DNA of 64,000 nt from a virus: IMG/VR virus record IMGVR_UViG_3300025874_000006, positions 1 to 64,000 of that record. The stretch is one strand, 5' to 3'. A program made the translations under genes and the position numbers. This document shows, piece by piece, positions 1 through 9,545 of the stretch; positions within the stretch are counted from its first letter, which is position 1, and each line of letters begins with the position of its first letter. A model generated the notes under the pieces. The model made no database searches. It was not told the origin of the DNA and was given only the letters and a program-made list of their open reading frames with translations.

Positions 1-59
1 GAAGTTTTCTTTAACAAATGCAGTCATAATCTATCTCTCTATCAGTCAATTAGGTGTAC

Positions 60-88
60 ATTATCTCACACTTATTTCCAAAACGCAA
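60..88 (-). promoter_or_regulatory. sigma70-type early promoter (TTGCGT-N17-GATAAT)
   Basis: Hexamers with 17-nt spacing ahead of a gene that runs off the left edge; GTGACC-N14-GGTCAC palindrome upstream. Confidence 0.6.
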
Positions 89-97
89 GTAGTAAAC

Positions 98-123
98 GTG
101 ACCAATCAGCGATAGTTGGTCAC
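98..123. promoter_or_regulatory. Palindromic operator GTGACC-N14-GGTCAC, copy 1
   Basis: CGTGACCAA-N10-TTGGTCACG, 9 bp upstream of the -35; recurs at three other promoters. Confidence 0.75.
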
Positions 124-545
124 GATGTTACTAGAGTGTCAACTAAATTCATTAGTACCGCAGTGCCTGATATAGAACTTCCTATCATAATTGCTTTGTC
201 ATTCCAACAGTGACCGACATATACCCATGCAGTAGCGGCTGACGCATAACATATCTGTCCGGTGATACCAAACCCTGCGCTCATAGCGAATACTCCAACC
301 ACACCAAGTACAGTCGCTCCCCACTTAACATAACTGTCAATCGTACCCGTAGGTGTTGCAGGCTTTAAGTCTTCGACTTCTAATTGTAGTTCTTCCATCT
401 CTTGCTTGAGACGTTTGCGTTCGACATTAAGTTCCATAGCAAGTCTCCCTGCCTTGGACATCGTACTTCCGGAAAACTCCGATTGAATTTCGGGACTAAG
501 TTGACCCTCGACTCTTGCAACTCGTTCGTCTTCGTTCATAGTCAT
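120..545 (-). CDS. Membrane protein with N-terminal coiled coil; paralog of 41730..41987
   Basis: D.YVKW.AT...W.D.A motif shared with the 41730 ORF; about 3 hydrophobic segments. Confidence 0.7.
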   Translation of the reverse strand: MTMNEDERVARVEGQLSPEIQSEFSGSTMSKAGRLAMELNVERKRLKQEMEELQLEVEDLKPATPTGTIDSYVKWGATVLGVVGVFAMSAGFGITGQICYASAATAWVYVGHCWNDKAIMIGSSISGTAVLMNLVDTLVTS

Positions 546-736
546 TGGTCATCCCGAGCAACACTTCCGCTCATATCAATAAAGATTTTGAGTGTTCGAT
601 TATCGTCTTGTAGACTGTACCGCACACTTTCATTTTCACGTAAGTAACGAACGTAGGTACGGCCTTCGCAGTCTATCACTTCAAATCTATTGATGTTATT
701 CATTTCAGTAGTCATCATCTTAGTATCTCCTTCCAA
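542..736 (-). CDS. Hypothetical phage protein
   Basis: ORF with overlapping start/stop in operon. Confidence 0.6.
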   Translation of the reverse strand: MEGDTKMMTTEMNNINRFEVIDCEGRTYVRYLRENESVRYSLQDDNRTLKIFIDMSGSVARDDQ

Positions 737-1098
737 TCCTTACGAGTGGTTTCGTTATCAGGTTCCATTAGTTCGACTTTAACATCCCCTCCCGAAGCTT
801 CGGCAGCATCCTGTATTTGTTTCCATATACCGGCAGTATTCATTCTCAGACATTCCTGAGTCTTGTCGCATATGTATCGACTACCACTATGACCAATAAA
901 GATGAAAGAATCCATAGTCTCTTCAACGTCAACGATACCAGAGTTCATACGCCAACTATCACTACCCAGATATCCACCACTCCACCCCGCTAGGACTTTG
1001 TACAACACTTCTTCTGTTCGACCATACCCAGTATTACCACTTTTTTTAATGTCAGTAATTTTAAGAACGACCCAGTTGTCTGGCGTGTAGTCACTCAT
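715..1098 (-). CDS. Conserved hypothetical phage protein
   Basis: YTPDNWVV...YKVLAGWSGGYLGSDSWRMNSGI motif typical of large myoviruses; start moved to MSDY after GGAGAG. Confidence 0.75.
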   Translation of the reverse strand: MSDYTPDNWVVLKITDIKKSGNTGYGRTEEVLYKVLAGWSGGYLGSDSWRMNSGIVDVEETMDSFIFIGHSGSRYICDKTQECLRMNTAGIWKQIQDAAEASGGDVKVELMEPDNETTRKDWKEILR

Positions 1099-1315
1099 TG
1101 TTCTCTCCGAACCCACTATCCCATTCACCGAATACTTCTGGTGATTGTTCTGCTGCCTGTTCCATATAGTACTCGCCTGGATAATGTCTAAGACATCGGT
1201 ATGCTTCTTTGCGTACAGCTGATGGTACTCTTGGAGTCTTCTTGGGGTCTAGTAGGTCTACTAGAAACTGACGTGTATTGTTCACCGCCCACCGGCGTTC
1301 GTTCGGCATTGTCAT
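1091..1315 (-). CDS. Small conserved protein (BPSL0761-like)
   Basis: MTMP.ER..AV...R.FL...TPRVP..VR.EA..CLRHYP pattern. Confidence 0.7.
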   Translation of the reverse strand: MTMPNERRWAVNNTRQFLVDLLDPKKTPRVPSAVRKEAYRCLRHYPGEYYMEQAAEQSPEVFGEWDSGFGENNE

Positions 1316-1608
1316 CTTCGCATACTCGCTAAATCTTTCATCTGTTGTACATCAATCACAGGGATTGCATTGGACTTGTGCATTGTACCGATACCCTTGA
1401 CTAGGGTGCCGGTGTAGTTTAACTTTTCCTTGATTTGGGTATTGAGAGTACCCGAATCGCAAGATTTGTAAACCGGAGTCTCCCTTCGATAGGGTTCACT
1501 CTGTACTTCCATAGGTTGGAATTTGGGTGCGGGTTTCTTCTTGGTAGACCAAGCGTTGTAACTCTTCTTGCGACCAGTGGTAGTGTGGCGCATGGAACCG
1601 TGCATCAT
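1312..1608 (-). CDS. Hypothetical basic phage protein
   Basis: YTGTLVKGIGTMHKSNAIPV motif; GAGG RBS; early promoter upstream. Confidence 0.75.
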   Translation of the reverse strand: MMHGSMRHTTTGRKKSYNAWSTKKKPAPKFQPMEVQSEPYRRETPVYKSCDSGTLNTQIKEKLNYTGTLVKGIGTMHKSNAIPVIDVQQMKDLASMRR

Positions 1609-1789
1609 AATAAAACCTCAATATACATTATGTGTACATTATACGACACATTCTAGGGTGTTGTCAAGTGTACAATCTTCTTGCATTCGTTAAATCTTCG
1701 GATACTGGTGAGTACTCCGAACAGGTCATCGTCTGCCTTCTGGGAGAAACTCAACCAGATGATTAACATGACCCGTAGTGTCCAGAGTC

Positions 1790-2338
1790 CTACCTCTCTA
1801 GGAACCACTCCGGTACCTCACGGTTAGTCCACTTAGCAAAGGATTTCTTCTCTTCACGGTAGTACTTGCGATAACTCTCAGGTACACTATCTGTCTTACA
1901 GTGGTCAGGCATACACTCAGGCATCTTAGTTTCTTTCAATCGTATGTCGATATTCTTTGGTGAAAACCACAACATACCACCTAACTTATCATAGGTCATA
2001 TGGACACGGCCATAACGTTTGGTGTACTCCTTTGCAGTTGCCTGAAAGTGTTTGTACAACCATCGGTAGTTCTTGTCGTTCTCACGACACCAGATTGCTG
2101 ATGGGTGGTTCTTGTGGGCGACCTTATATAGTATGTTTTCACGAGCTTGTTCGGCGACTAAATAATGGTCTACCATGCGTTTTCCGGACTTGGAAGGTCG
2201 TCTCTCAACAGTGCCGTCAAGAACGCGATGCGCAGTAGAAAGTAACTGGCCGTATTCTGTGACCATCTTAACCACATGTTTGTCACACATCATCTGTGCT
2301 GATATGACTGGATCATCGTGTAATCTAAAAATATTCAT
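1790..2338 (-). CDS. Pyrimidine-dimer DNA glycosylase/endonuclease V-like family protein
   Basis: MNIF.L..DP...A...CDKHVVKM..E..QLLSTAH, H.NHP.AIW signature. Confidence 0.75.
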   Translation of the reverse strand: MNIFRLHDDPVISAQMMCDKHVVKMVTEYGQLLSTAHRVLDGTVERRPSKSGKRMVDHYLVAEQARENILYKVAHKNHPSAIWCRENDKNYRWLYKHFQATAKEYTKRYGRVHMTYDKLGGMLWFSPKNIDIRLKETKMPECMPDHCKTDSVPESYRKYYREEKKSFAKWTNREVPEWFLER

Positions 2339-2415
2339 GTATTATCCCCTCTCGGTAACAGAACTATATTGTAACAGAAAAATATGGCTTTGTCAATGGC
2401 TAACCATAAAAAAAG

Positions 2416-2423
2416 TATAAATA
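2416..2423 (+). promoter_or_regulatory. T4-type late promoter TATAAATA
   Basis: Exact gp55 consensus ahead of the plus-strand operon. Confidence 0.75.
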
Positions 2424-2428
2424 AACCT

Positions 2429-2683
2429 ATGAATACAGAATTATTTGACTTTGGTTTCACCGTAGTAGATGAATCGGAACTCGAAGCTGTCCAACAGTTA
2501 GAATCCGTATCTGATAGTGCAGATGATTACCAGACTCGACTTGAAAACTTGTACAACGCGATTCAACCGTTGTTAACCAACCTGAAGGTGAACCCTGAGA
2601 AAGAGTACATCCTCTGGCCGAATCGACTCGACAAGATAGAACAATTCGAAACACACATACAAAACATCTATAAGGGATCCTAA
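2429..2683 (+). CDS. Conserved hypothetical phage protein
   Basis: FDFGFT.VDE.EL...NPEKEYILWPNR motif; ATG 5 nt after late promoter. Confidence 0.8.
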   Translation: MNTELFDFGFTVVDESELEAVQQLESVSDSADDYQTRLENLYNAIQPLLTNLKVNPEKEYILWPNRLDKIEQFETHIQNIYKGS

Positions 2684-2686
2684 CCA

Positions 2687-3532
2687 ATGTTTTATAACAG
2701 TAAAGACGAAGTTATCTTAACCGATGGCACCAAACAAGAATTCGTGAGTGGCGAGTATAAAGAAGTATATGCCCGTTTCTTTAATAACGCACTAAAGGTA
2801 ACTACCACTAAATCTGGTAAGTATCTTCGTTATAAAAATGATGAAGTGAATATGGTAGAAGAATCTCTATCACGTGCACCTATGTTCTGTAACGCACTAA
2901 AGACCCGTGGATATAAAAATATCCTATTCGTTGGTCATTTCAATGATGCTCAGACACATTGGATGTTAGACCAGTTCGCTGGTCGTATGATTGACCTTCT
3001 ACCACCAGAACGTTCAGCAATGCAAACCTTTCCGGATATGAACATCGTAGCGCAGTTCATTCCATTGGTAATGAAGACCTTTAAATATGAAGGTGACTTC
3101 ACAATCGTACGTCCACCAGAAAATAAGTATCAGGGTGTCATGCACGAACTCTATATTATTAATGAAATGATGCCACAGACACAAACTTGTTCACAACAGT
3201 ACAAGCACGGTCAAGACGCTTGGACTCTAGAAGGTGAACACGAAAAATTTGATGCAGTAGTCTTCCTAGGTGTTCCTATGACAGACAAACAAGTTGGTTT
3301 CGAAGAGTCTCAAGTACGAGAAATCTTCGCTCCATACTGCACCCCAGAATTTGAAATGGTTGACATTTATTACGGAGCACCGTCTTCGGTTAAATGGTAC
3401 AATGGTGAAAAGAAAGAAAGTGACTCTATGGTCGACACAGCATTCTCGATTCGTTCCCAGTGGGACGAAGATACCGCTAAAGGCCGCCCGGAAGAATCAG
3501 ACATCATGAAAAGAATGATTTCTGTATTCTAA
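2687..3532 (+). CDS. Hypothetical protein (281 aa), late
   Basis: Long ORF followed by a terminator. Confidence 0.8.
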   Translation: MFYNSKDEVILTDGTKQEFVSGEYKEVYARFFNNALKVTTTKSGKYLRYKNDEVNMVEESLSRAPMFCNALKTRGYKNILFVGHFNDAQTHWMLDQFAGRMIDLLPPERSAMQTFPDMNIVAQFIPLVMKTFKYEGDFTIVRPPENKYQGVMHELYIINEMMPQTQTCSQQYKHGQDAWTLEGEHEKFDAVVFLGVPMTDKQVGFEESQVREIFAPYCTPEFEMVDIYYGAPSSVKWYNGEKKESDSMVDTAFSIRSQWDEDTAKGRPEESDIMKRMISVF

Positions 3533-3558
3533 GGAACTTACCCGACAGTAAGAATGAA

Positions 3559-3587
3559 GAAGGGACTCGAAAGAGTCCCTTTTTTTA
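3559..3587 (+). terminator. Rho-independent terminator
   Basis: aagggactc-gaaa-gagtccctt followed by a T run, between convergent genes. Confidence 0.85.
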
Positions 3588-3716
3588 TATCCAGAATAGT
3601 ACTACGCCAAAGATGAAGCACCAGATTAATACGTTGGGTCTAAAGTCCCATACGGACATGAAGTCATGTGCAGTATCTAATACAAAATCTTTTGTTACTT
3701 TAAGAAGCTTCTCCAT
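3585..3716 (-). CDS. Small membrane peptide (43 aa, not in ORF track)
   Basis: MEKLLKVTKDF...LIWCFIFGVVLFWI translated by hand. Confidence 0.5.
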   Translation of the reverse strand: MEKLLKVTKDFVLDTAHDFMSVWDFRPNVLIWCFIFGVVLFWI

Positions 3717-4356
3717 TTCCATCTTCTAACTCTCCTACCTCTATAGTTGCATTTTCAGGCAGACTTAATTTAATATTAGAATGCCCATGATGAATAACAA
3801 ATTTAACCTTACTGAACTCTCTGAAGAAACCAGACCATATAGGTCTCCAGTTACTTGCCATACGATGCACGTTTAGTGCAGTTCGGTTGGACTCTAAGAA
3901 GTTATCTGTATAACTGTCAATGGTCATATCGAACATAGAGTCGAACCCATACAGATGAACCTCAGTCGCCTTCATAATGCGACACGCATAGTCCACAGCC
4001 ATATGACCGCACGAATAGTTACTCGCTGCTTCGGACAGTTTGTGTCCCGGCAACTGCGCATATGGGGGTACGTATGTGTGGAACCCCTTAATGTTCTGTG
4101 AGTACTTTAAGTAGAACGCTGCGTTGACCTCCATCCATTTGCGAGGTCGTGTACCCAGAATCCAGTCGTACTCATCGAGGTGCACTTTACTTTCACTGAG
4201 CGCTTGCATCATCTTAAAGTCGACCATACAAGACGCGAATACATCTTCCTTGCTTAGTTCGATAGGAGGCATGTTACATACGACAAGTTCTCCCTCTGTA
4301 CCTTTCTTGTATAGGGTAGCATGGTCTCCGTTACCCATTACATTAACACGTCTCAT
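3700..4356 (-). CDS. Maf/sialyltransferase-like Rossmann glycosyltransferase-type protein
   Basis: V.V.GNG, SCGH.A, VHLYGFD motifs. Confidence 0.55.
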   Translation of the reverse strand: MRRVNVMGNGDHATLYKKGTEGELVVCNMPPIELSKEDVFASCMVDFKMMQALSESKVHLDEYDWILGTRPRKWMEVNAAFYLKYSQNIKGFHTYVPPYAQLPGHKLSEAASNYSCGHMAVDYACRIMKATEVHLYGFDSMFDMTIDSYTDNFLESNRTALNVHRMASNWRPIWSGFFREFSKVKFVIHHGHSNIKLSLPENATIEVGELEDGNGEAS

Positions 4357-4715
4357 TTTGGTTCCTTGTGGTATGTACCGTATATGCAGTGTGCTAGTTC
4401 ATGCCCCCAAGTCAGTGTATGTTCATCATCAACTTTACTTGGAGATACAACATGAATCTCACACCTTATCATTTCTCTGTTTTCTTTTTTCAGGAACCAC
4501 AGAGCTAGTCCTTCGACTCTTTGTCCTTTGGGCTTCTTACCTTCTACCGCCTTATTCAACTCTTCCCTACTATCATATGTATAGACGGTTATCGGGAACT
4601 GAACGCCAGTGTAATCTTGTGTCCCTGATAGTTTTTTATCTGGGGAAGGGTCACATGATACCAAAAACAACACCATGATGGCAAGTGTTATTTTAGATAG
4701 GATACTTTGTAGCAT
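4353..4715 (-). CDS. Lipoprotein with HExxH metallopeptidase motif
   Basis: Lipobox LVSC; GHELAHC. Confidence 0.65.
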   Translation of the reverse strand: MLQSILSKITLAIMVLFLVSCDPSPDKKLSGTQDYTGVQFPITVYTYDSREELNKAVEGKKPKGQRVEGLALWFLKKENREMIRCEIHVVSPSKVDDEHTLTWGHELAHCIYGTYHKEPK

Positions 4716-5043
4716 GACCTTCCTCTATTAGTAGATTATTTATACATGTCCACTCGTTGTAGTCGGTCTCGACAAATACCTCTGCGAGTATTCTACCGTA
4801 CTTACCTGTCTTGTGAGTAATTATGCTTACGGTTGTCCCTTCGGGGGCCATCTGGTTAACATACTCTTTCGCTTCTAGACCTTTCTTCTTTTCGTCAAGG
4901 TTTCTAGTACGAGACTCGTATGCATCAATACCGTAAAGACGGAGACGTTGGTTAGCGTAAACAAGACCAAATCCTAGATCAATGTCAACATCGACTGTGT
5001 CTCCGTCCACCCATCTGCGAACTATTGCTTGATAGTTATACAT
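4693..5043 (-). CDS. Thermonuclease (SNase-like)
   Basis: VDGDTVDVDIDLGF, RLYGIDA.E, GKYGRILA. Confidence 0.9.
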   Translation of the reverse strand: MYNYQAIVRRWVDGDTVDVDIDLGFGLVYANQRLRLYGIDAYESRTRNLDEKKKGLEAKEYVNQMAPEGTTVSIITHKTGKYGRILAEVFVETDYNEWTCINNLLIEEGHATKYPI

Positions 5044-5046
5044 ATA

Positions 5047-5529
5047 TTACTTTACTCTGGTGCTGTATGGGGTTTCTCTTGCCTTCTCGACCGCACGTGA
5101 ACCAAACCAGAAAGAGATAATCGCAGCGAATATCGCCTTAGTATCTTCGTCCCATAGGGTATCTAATGCACCTGAAAGGTCTGCTCCACTTGCAAGTGCT
5201 TGTTGCAACAAGTTTACTTCTATCACTGCGAATAGAATAAAGAAACAGTATGTGATTACAGGGCGTACCGACTTCTGTAGTCCGGCAATGAACCCTGTGC
5301 CTTTGTTGATTGAGATATCGTGTTCGATAAGTCGAGCATGTTCATCGTCTGCTGCCTTGGTCTCGAACATCTTCATATCATGGTCGAATCCAGCTGCCCG
5401 TAGTTCAGCCATCTTCTCCATCTTTTTTAATTCAAATTCGTTGTTTCGCTTTGACGCGAAATGATCTGTCACTGCTGGGACAAGGGAACCCCCGAATCCT
5501 AGTAGTGAACCTATTAATCCACTCAACAT
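5047..5529 (-). CDS. Holin-like 3-TM protein (GTA-holin type)
   Basis: SVRPVITY...IISFWFGSR motif. Confidence 0.65.
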   Translation of the reverse strand: MLSGLIGSLLGFGGSLVPAVTDHFASKRNNEFELKKMEKMAELRAAGFDHDMKMFETKAADDEHARLIEHDISINKGTGFIAGLQKSVRPVITYCFFILFAVIEVNLLQQALASGADLSGALDTLWDEDTKAIFAAIISFWFGSRAVEKARETPYSTRVK

Positions 5530-5546
5530 ATTATATTCTCCAGTAA

Positions 5547-6206
5547 CTAAAAGTTCATCTGTTGTCTAATCACATCATTACCTTTCTTACCTGTATGGTG
5601 TATAATGATAGGATTATCTACAGCTACATTATCTATGTAGTCCAAACGTAACGTATTATATTCGTGAGGGATAGGATATATCTTACTGAGTCTTTCTATG
5701 GGAGTGTGCATATGGTATAGGATGTACTGGTCAGACTCCGTCTGATCTTCCTCACATGAGCGCATCCAAGTCGTTAGGGTATGGTTGCGGTCACTTAGAA
5801 CGACCCCAGAGTTGTACCATTCCCCGTTGTCCGGTCTTCTCTTAGTCCAAGGGCGATCCACTACCATACCTAGTCTACCGCTCTCGAAGTGTTCCCATAT
5901 AGAATCTAGGTCTCCATCTATCTGACAGTCGGTATCTAACCAGCATACACTGAACCCATCATTGGTCGCATTGTATATCGCCCGAGGCTTCTTGAACCAA
6001 CCAGACAGTTTGTTTTCAAAACTAAGGATATAAATTTGTTTACCGAACCTAGGGTGATGCTCGATGAAGTCTATCATATCATCTGTCATACCAAAGTCTG
6101 CGACCTGTAGAATCCCTGTCGAGTGTTCGATGAAGTTCTCTATAAACCACGGCAGCTGCCATTCGGTATTATAGTCACATCCTGTCAAAAAACTTTTCTT
6201 AACCAT
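5547..6206 (-). CDS. Glycosyltransferase (GT-A, GT8-like)
   Basis: WF.KP, WLDTDC (DxD), YNSGVV, SDQ, YN, HHTG motifs. Confidence 0.8.
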   Translation of the reverse strand: MVKKSFLTGCDYNTEWQLPWFIENFIEHSTGILQVADFGMTDDMIDFIEHHPRFGKQIYILSFENKLSGWFKKPRAIYNATNDGFSVCWLDTDCQIDGDLDSIWEHFESGRLGMVVDRPWTKRRPDNGEWYNSGVVLSDRNHTLTTWMRSCEEDQTESDQYILYHMHTPIERLSKIYPIPHEYNTLRLDYIDNVAVDNPIIIHHTGKKGNDVIRQQMNF

Positions 6207-6220
6207 TATATTTCCAAAAC

Positions 6221-6255
6221 AAAAAAAAGACGGGAAAGTTTCCAATCCCGTCTTT
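6221..6255 (-). terminator. Rho-independent terminator
   Basis: aaagacggga/tcccgtcttt stem plus T run on the minus strand. Confidence 0.75.
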
Positions 6256-6279
6256 ATCTATCTTAAACTTAACTGAAGA

Positions 6280-6993
6280 TTATAGAGTTGATAGGAACTC
6301 ATCAACTTCTTCTGCTTGGGTTTTAGATATGAATTGTTTCCAAACACCAACACTTTCTAGTAGACCTTGTGACATTCCTTCGCGACATTCGCGGATCTTA
6401 GAATCTTGAACCACAGTGTCGATAACCAAAAGGTCGATATTCCTTTTCGCCTTACCAAAAGTGGCCAGTTCAGGATTGTCCTGACGTGGTAGTAGATGGT
6501 TTACTATAGAAGTGAGCTGACGATGTGGGTCGTTAACTAAATCTTCATAGGAGAGGACTAGACTATAGGTAAATTTCGCAGCATCCTTTTCAAAGGCTTC
6601 TACTGATGAGAACCCTTGAGGACTCGCGATGAATTCTTCCCAAGACATTTCTGGTTGCCAAAGCTGCCAAGTAGAAACAAGTACATCCTTATAGTCTCTA
6701 TTGATCTTTAACATCTGGTTAGTAGCAAGAGAACCCTCTTCTATAGAGATCATTAACCCTTCAACAGACACAGGGTCGTGTGTTGAAGTCCAACCTAACG
6801 ATGTCCATATCAAAGGTTTATATACCTTGTCGTGTGCTAGAACAGAGATTTCTAAATTAGTCTTTGAAGTCTGTAACTGTTGTTCATAACGGAGGTACAT
6901 ACCGTACATGTTTTGTACCATGTCATGACCCGATGTAGCACTACCAACCATAAAATGGTCGTTTAATGTTACAATACTGTATTGCGTTTCCAT
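6280..6993 (-). CDS. Sulfotransferase-fold protein (divergent)
   Basis: RDYKDVLVS, LSYEDLVNDP...L..I..HL, VG.WK motifs; canonical PAPS loop not obvious. Confidence 0.55.
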   Translation of the reverse strand: METQYSIVTLNDHFMVGSATSGHDMVQNMYGMYLRYEQQLQTSKTNLEISVLAHDKVYKPLIWTSLGWTSTHDPVSVEGLMISIEEGSLATNQMLKINRDYKDVLVSTWQLWQPEMSWEEFIASPQGFSSVEAFEKDAAKFTYSLVLSYEDLVNDPHRQLTSIVNHLLPRQDNPELATFGKAKRNIDLLVIDTVVQDSKIRECREGMSQGLLESVGVWKQFISKTQAEEVDEFLSTL

Positions 6994-7133
6994 TTTTATT
7001 ATTCCTCATTGGATTCTTTAAAGAGTTTCTTAACCCGCACGTGCGAAATGGAACTCGCTGGACTGGCCAGTCAAATACGGATAAGTGTTATTATTTATAA
7101 TAATCGAACTCTTCCAAGTCCGTTGGTCGACAT

Positions 7134-7337
7134 TTATTTTTGTTGTTGCCACATAGTCCATAGACCATATAGAATACCAGCGTATGCAGCTAGAGTAATA
7201 ATACCATCAAAGATAATGTAACTTGCACAGAGGGCGACAATAACTACGCCGTCATAAGTTGTGCGTTCGCCTAGTCGTGATTGAACCCACGTCTTTGCAA
7301 GTGTACCATAAAAAGAAAGTTTTTCTAAATTGAACAT
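7134..7337 (-). CDS. Small membrane protein
   Basis: RL.ERTT.DG plus two TM segments. Confidence 0.7.
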   Translation of the reverse strand: MFNLEKLSFYGTLAKTWVQSRLGERTTYDGVVIVALCASYIIFDGIITLAAYAGILYGLWTMWQQQK

Positions 7338-7338
7338 G

Positions 7339-8328
7339 TTAATCCCTATAATCGTTAAGTGTGAAATTGGTGCCGTGCATCTTCATCAAGTCTCTTTCGT
7401 GATTGGTGTATACCAATACTTCGGGGTCTTCGATTAAGAAATCACAGCTCTTACAAAAGTCTGGATATTCTTCGGTGCGGTGTTGCTCACGTAGAGTCTC
7501 ATACTCTTCACCAAAAAAGATGTCAAGTATGTTATCTTCTGAACAGTGTCCTAGTACAGCTTCTTCGTCACGTCCAAGGACTTGACAACATGGATGTACT
7601 GCGCCTGTCTTCTTCTCAAGTCCTCCCGCACGTATCACTACGTCCGGAGAGAACGGTCGACCACAGGTCTTCTTCTTACCCTCACGTACACCGGACTCCG
7701 ATATGTCTTGAACACCAGACCAGTTGTGCATCTTCCAAATCTCGGTCTTAGTTCCGAGTTCTTCTACCAATGCTTTGTACTTCTCTAGTTCTGTGTCGAG
7801 GTTATCATTGTCGGTGATTAGGTGGTATGTAGATACAACACAGTCCGAACCAGACTCTTCTACGTATGCAACCATCTCTTGGATGTTACGTTTGATTTGA
7901 GCAAAGTGTCCTCCTACTGCATTGTACATCCACTTGCTGTAGTCTTGTTCATCCGCACCGATGAACGAGAATCGATAGAAGTCCAGACCAGCGTCCACGC
8001 AGTCGCGCATGTACTGACCTTCCATCTTAAATCCATTAGAGAAGATGAATGCCTTCGCACCATACTTCTTCACTACCTTGATGTATTCGGGTAGATTCTT
8101 CGCCATTGTGGCTTCACCGGAACCGTCTAGGTTCACAACATTGAGACCATACTGTGCACAGTCCGCAACATACTTCTCGAACTCATCGAGTTTCATGATG
8201 CGGCGGAACCCTTTATGTCGTCCACCCTCACGTAAGTCTTGTGGACACATAGAACATGAGTAGTTACATCCACCCGCGACTTCAATTACTGCGCGGTCAA
8301 TCTGAAATGTTTCTCTAGTCATTTCCAT
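7339..8328 (-). CDS. Radical SAM enzyme with SPASM/twitch domain
   Basis: CNYSCSMC; GSGEA; C-terminal CGRPF...HPCC...CKSC. Confidence 0.9.
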   Translation of the reverse strand: MEMTRETFQIDRAVIEVAGGCNYSCSMCPQDLREGGRHKGFRRIMKLDEFEKYVADCAQYGLNVVNLDGSGEATMAKNLPEYIKVVKKYGAKAFIFSNGFKMEGQYMRDCVDAGLDFYRFSFIGADEQDYSKWMYNAVGGHFAQIKRNIQEMVAYVEESGSDCVVSTYHLITDNDNLDTELEKYKALVEELGTKTEIWKMHNWSGVQDISESGVREGKKKTCGRPFSPDVVIRAGGLEKKTGAVHPCCQVLGRDEEAVLGHCSEDNILDIFFGEEYETLREQHRTEEYPDFCKSCDFLIEDPEVLVYTNHERDLMKMHGTNFTLNDYRD

Positions 8329-9193
8329 AATAAATCTTCATCCTCTCTTCATATTCTACTGATTTTCTTTTAGTTTGTTGCAACAAGTCTTCGATATGTT
8401 CTATCCACCACCAGACACCTTGGTCTTCTTTTGACAACTCAGGATTTAACCTAAGCGCATTCGGTGTATGGTATTTAGTCACTCCTTCACCGGAGATTAC
8501 CGCGAGAGGTCTAGCGAAGTTCTTTGCAACATAATGCCAGATGCCATCGTAACAGATGACCATGCGAGACGTAGAGATTAATTGCATTGCTTCGGATGCG
8601 GGTGTACGGTAAGAAAGTTCGTGCATATTGAAACCCAGACCTTCGAAATGCGCTATCAACTTGTCCCAGTCCGCATTATCGAAAAGCCGTTTCCATGTAC
8701 GAGGTTTCTCTGCATTCCATGTTGGCCTCCAGAAGACTATACGGTTTGGGTCATAGTCTCTGAAAGCATCTTGTCGGAATATCCAGTCGTTGTCCGGAAT
8801 AACATTGCCAGGTGTATCGTCATATGCACCTGACTCGAAATAGAATCTGGATTTGTCTTTGTGTATTGCAGCTATCCTACGTTCACCGTTTGTTTCCAAA
8901 ACTACATCATCGTCAAACTTCCAGTCTCTATATCTACCATGCGCATTAAAGATATGGTGTATCTCCACACGTTCTTGTTGGTGATAGAAGTTGTGGATGT
9001 AGTTACACCGCTCGATGATAGTCTCAGGGTCTTCGAAATGATGGTAGTAGTCCTCACCGTGTTCCCAGTGAAGCTCTAGATTTATCTTTCGAATATTATG
9101 ATCCGCGGCATACTTGTGGCACGAATTCAACGCCCACATGAAATCACCAACGCCTGGCGTTCCTCGCCAAGTAACTAACTCAGATGGTTTCAT
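8315..9193 (-). CDS. Glycosyltransferase (GT-B, GT9-like)
   Basis: GVGD near N-terminus, KP..WK, ICYDGIWHYVA. Confidence 0.65.
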   Translation of the reverse strand: MKPSELVTWRGTPGVGDFMWALNSCHKYAADHNIRKINLELHWEHGEDYYHHFEDPETIIERCNYIHNFYHQQERVEIHHIFNAHGRYRDWKFDDDVVLETNGERRIAAIHKDKSRFYFESGAYDDTPGNVIPDNDWIFRQDAFRDYDPNRIVFWRPTWNAEKPRTWKRLFDNADWDKLIAHFEGLGFNMHELSYRTPASEAMQLISTSRMVICYDGIWHYVAKNFARPLAVISGEGVTKYHTPNALRLNPELSKEDQGVWWWIEHIEDLLQQTKRKSVEYEERMKIYYGND

Positions 9194-9540
9194 TTACTAG
9201 TCTTAATACTTTTGACCTGTCTACCAGAACCTGTAGACGTGTACAGACCGAACCACGCAGCACCAGCACCAACCACTACAGAGATGAGACCTGCTTGTGA
9301 TGCATTTGGTTCAGATATCGTCATGAACCATTGAGTGACTTCGATCAACAGGAACAAATACGTACCTATGAATGCTCGTGGGAAAATTCGAAACGCATCG
9401 ATTACATCCGCGAACTGTAACAAGGTACTGAACTTAGTTGGGGTAACTTCTTTCTGTGTTGTATCGAACTCTACTTCAAGTTCAATCTTTTGTTTGAGTG
9501 GTTTTGCTTCTGGGGTGTTTATTGATTGTTCTGAAAACAT
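9190..9540 (-). CDS. 2-TM membrane protein
   Basis: D.FRIFPR...AWFGLY. Confidence 0.75.
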   Translation of the reverse strand: MFSEQSINTPEAKPLKQKIELEVEFDTTQKEVTPTKFSTLLQFADVIDAFRIFPRAFIGTYLFLLIEVTQWFMTISEPNASQAGLISVVVGAGAAWFGLYTSTGSGRQVKSIKTSK

Positions 9541-9545
9541 GTTAA

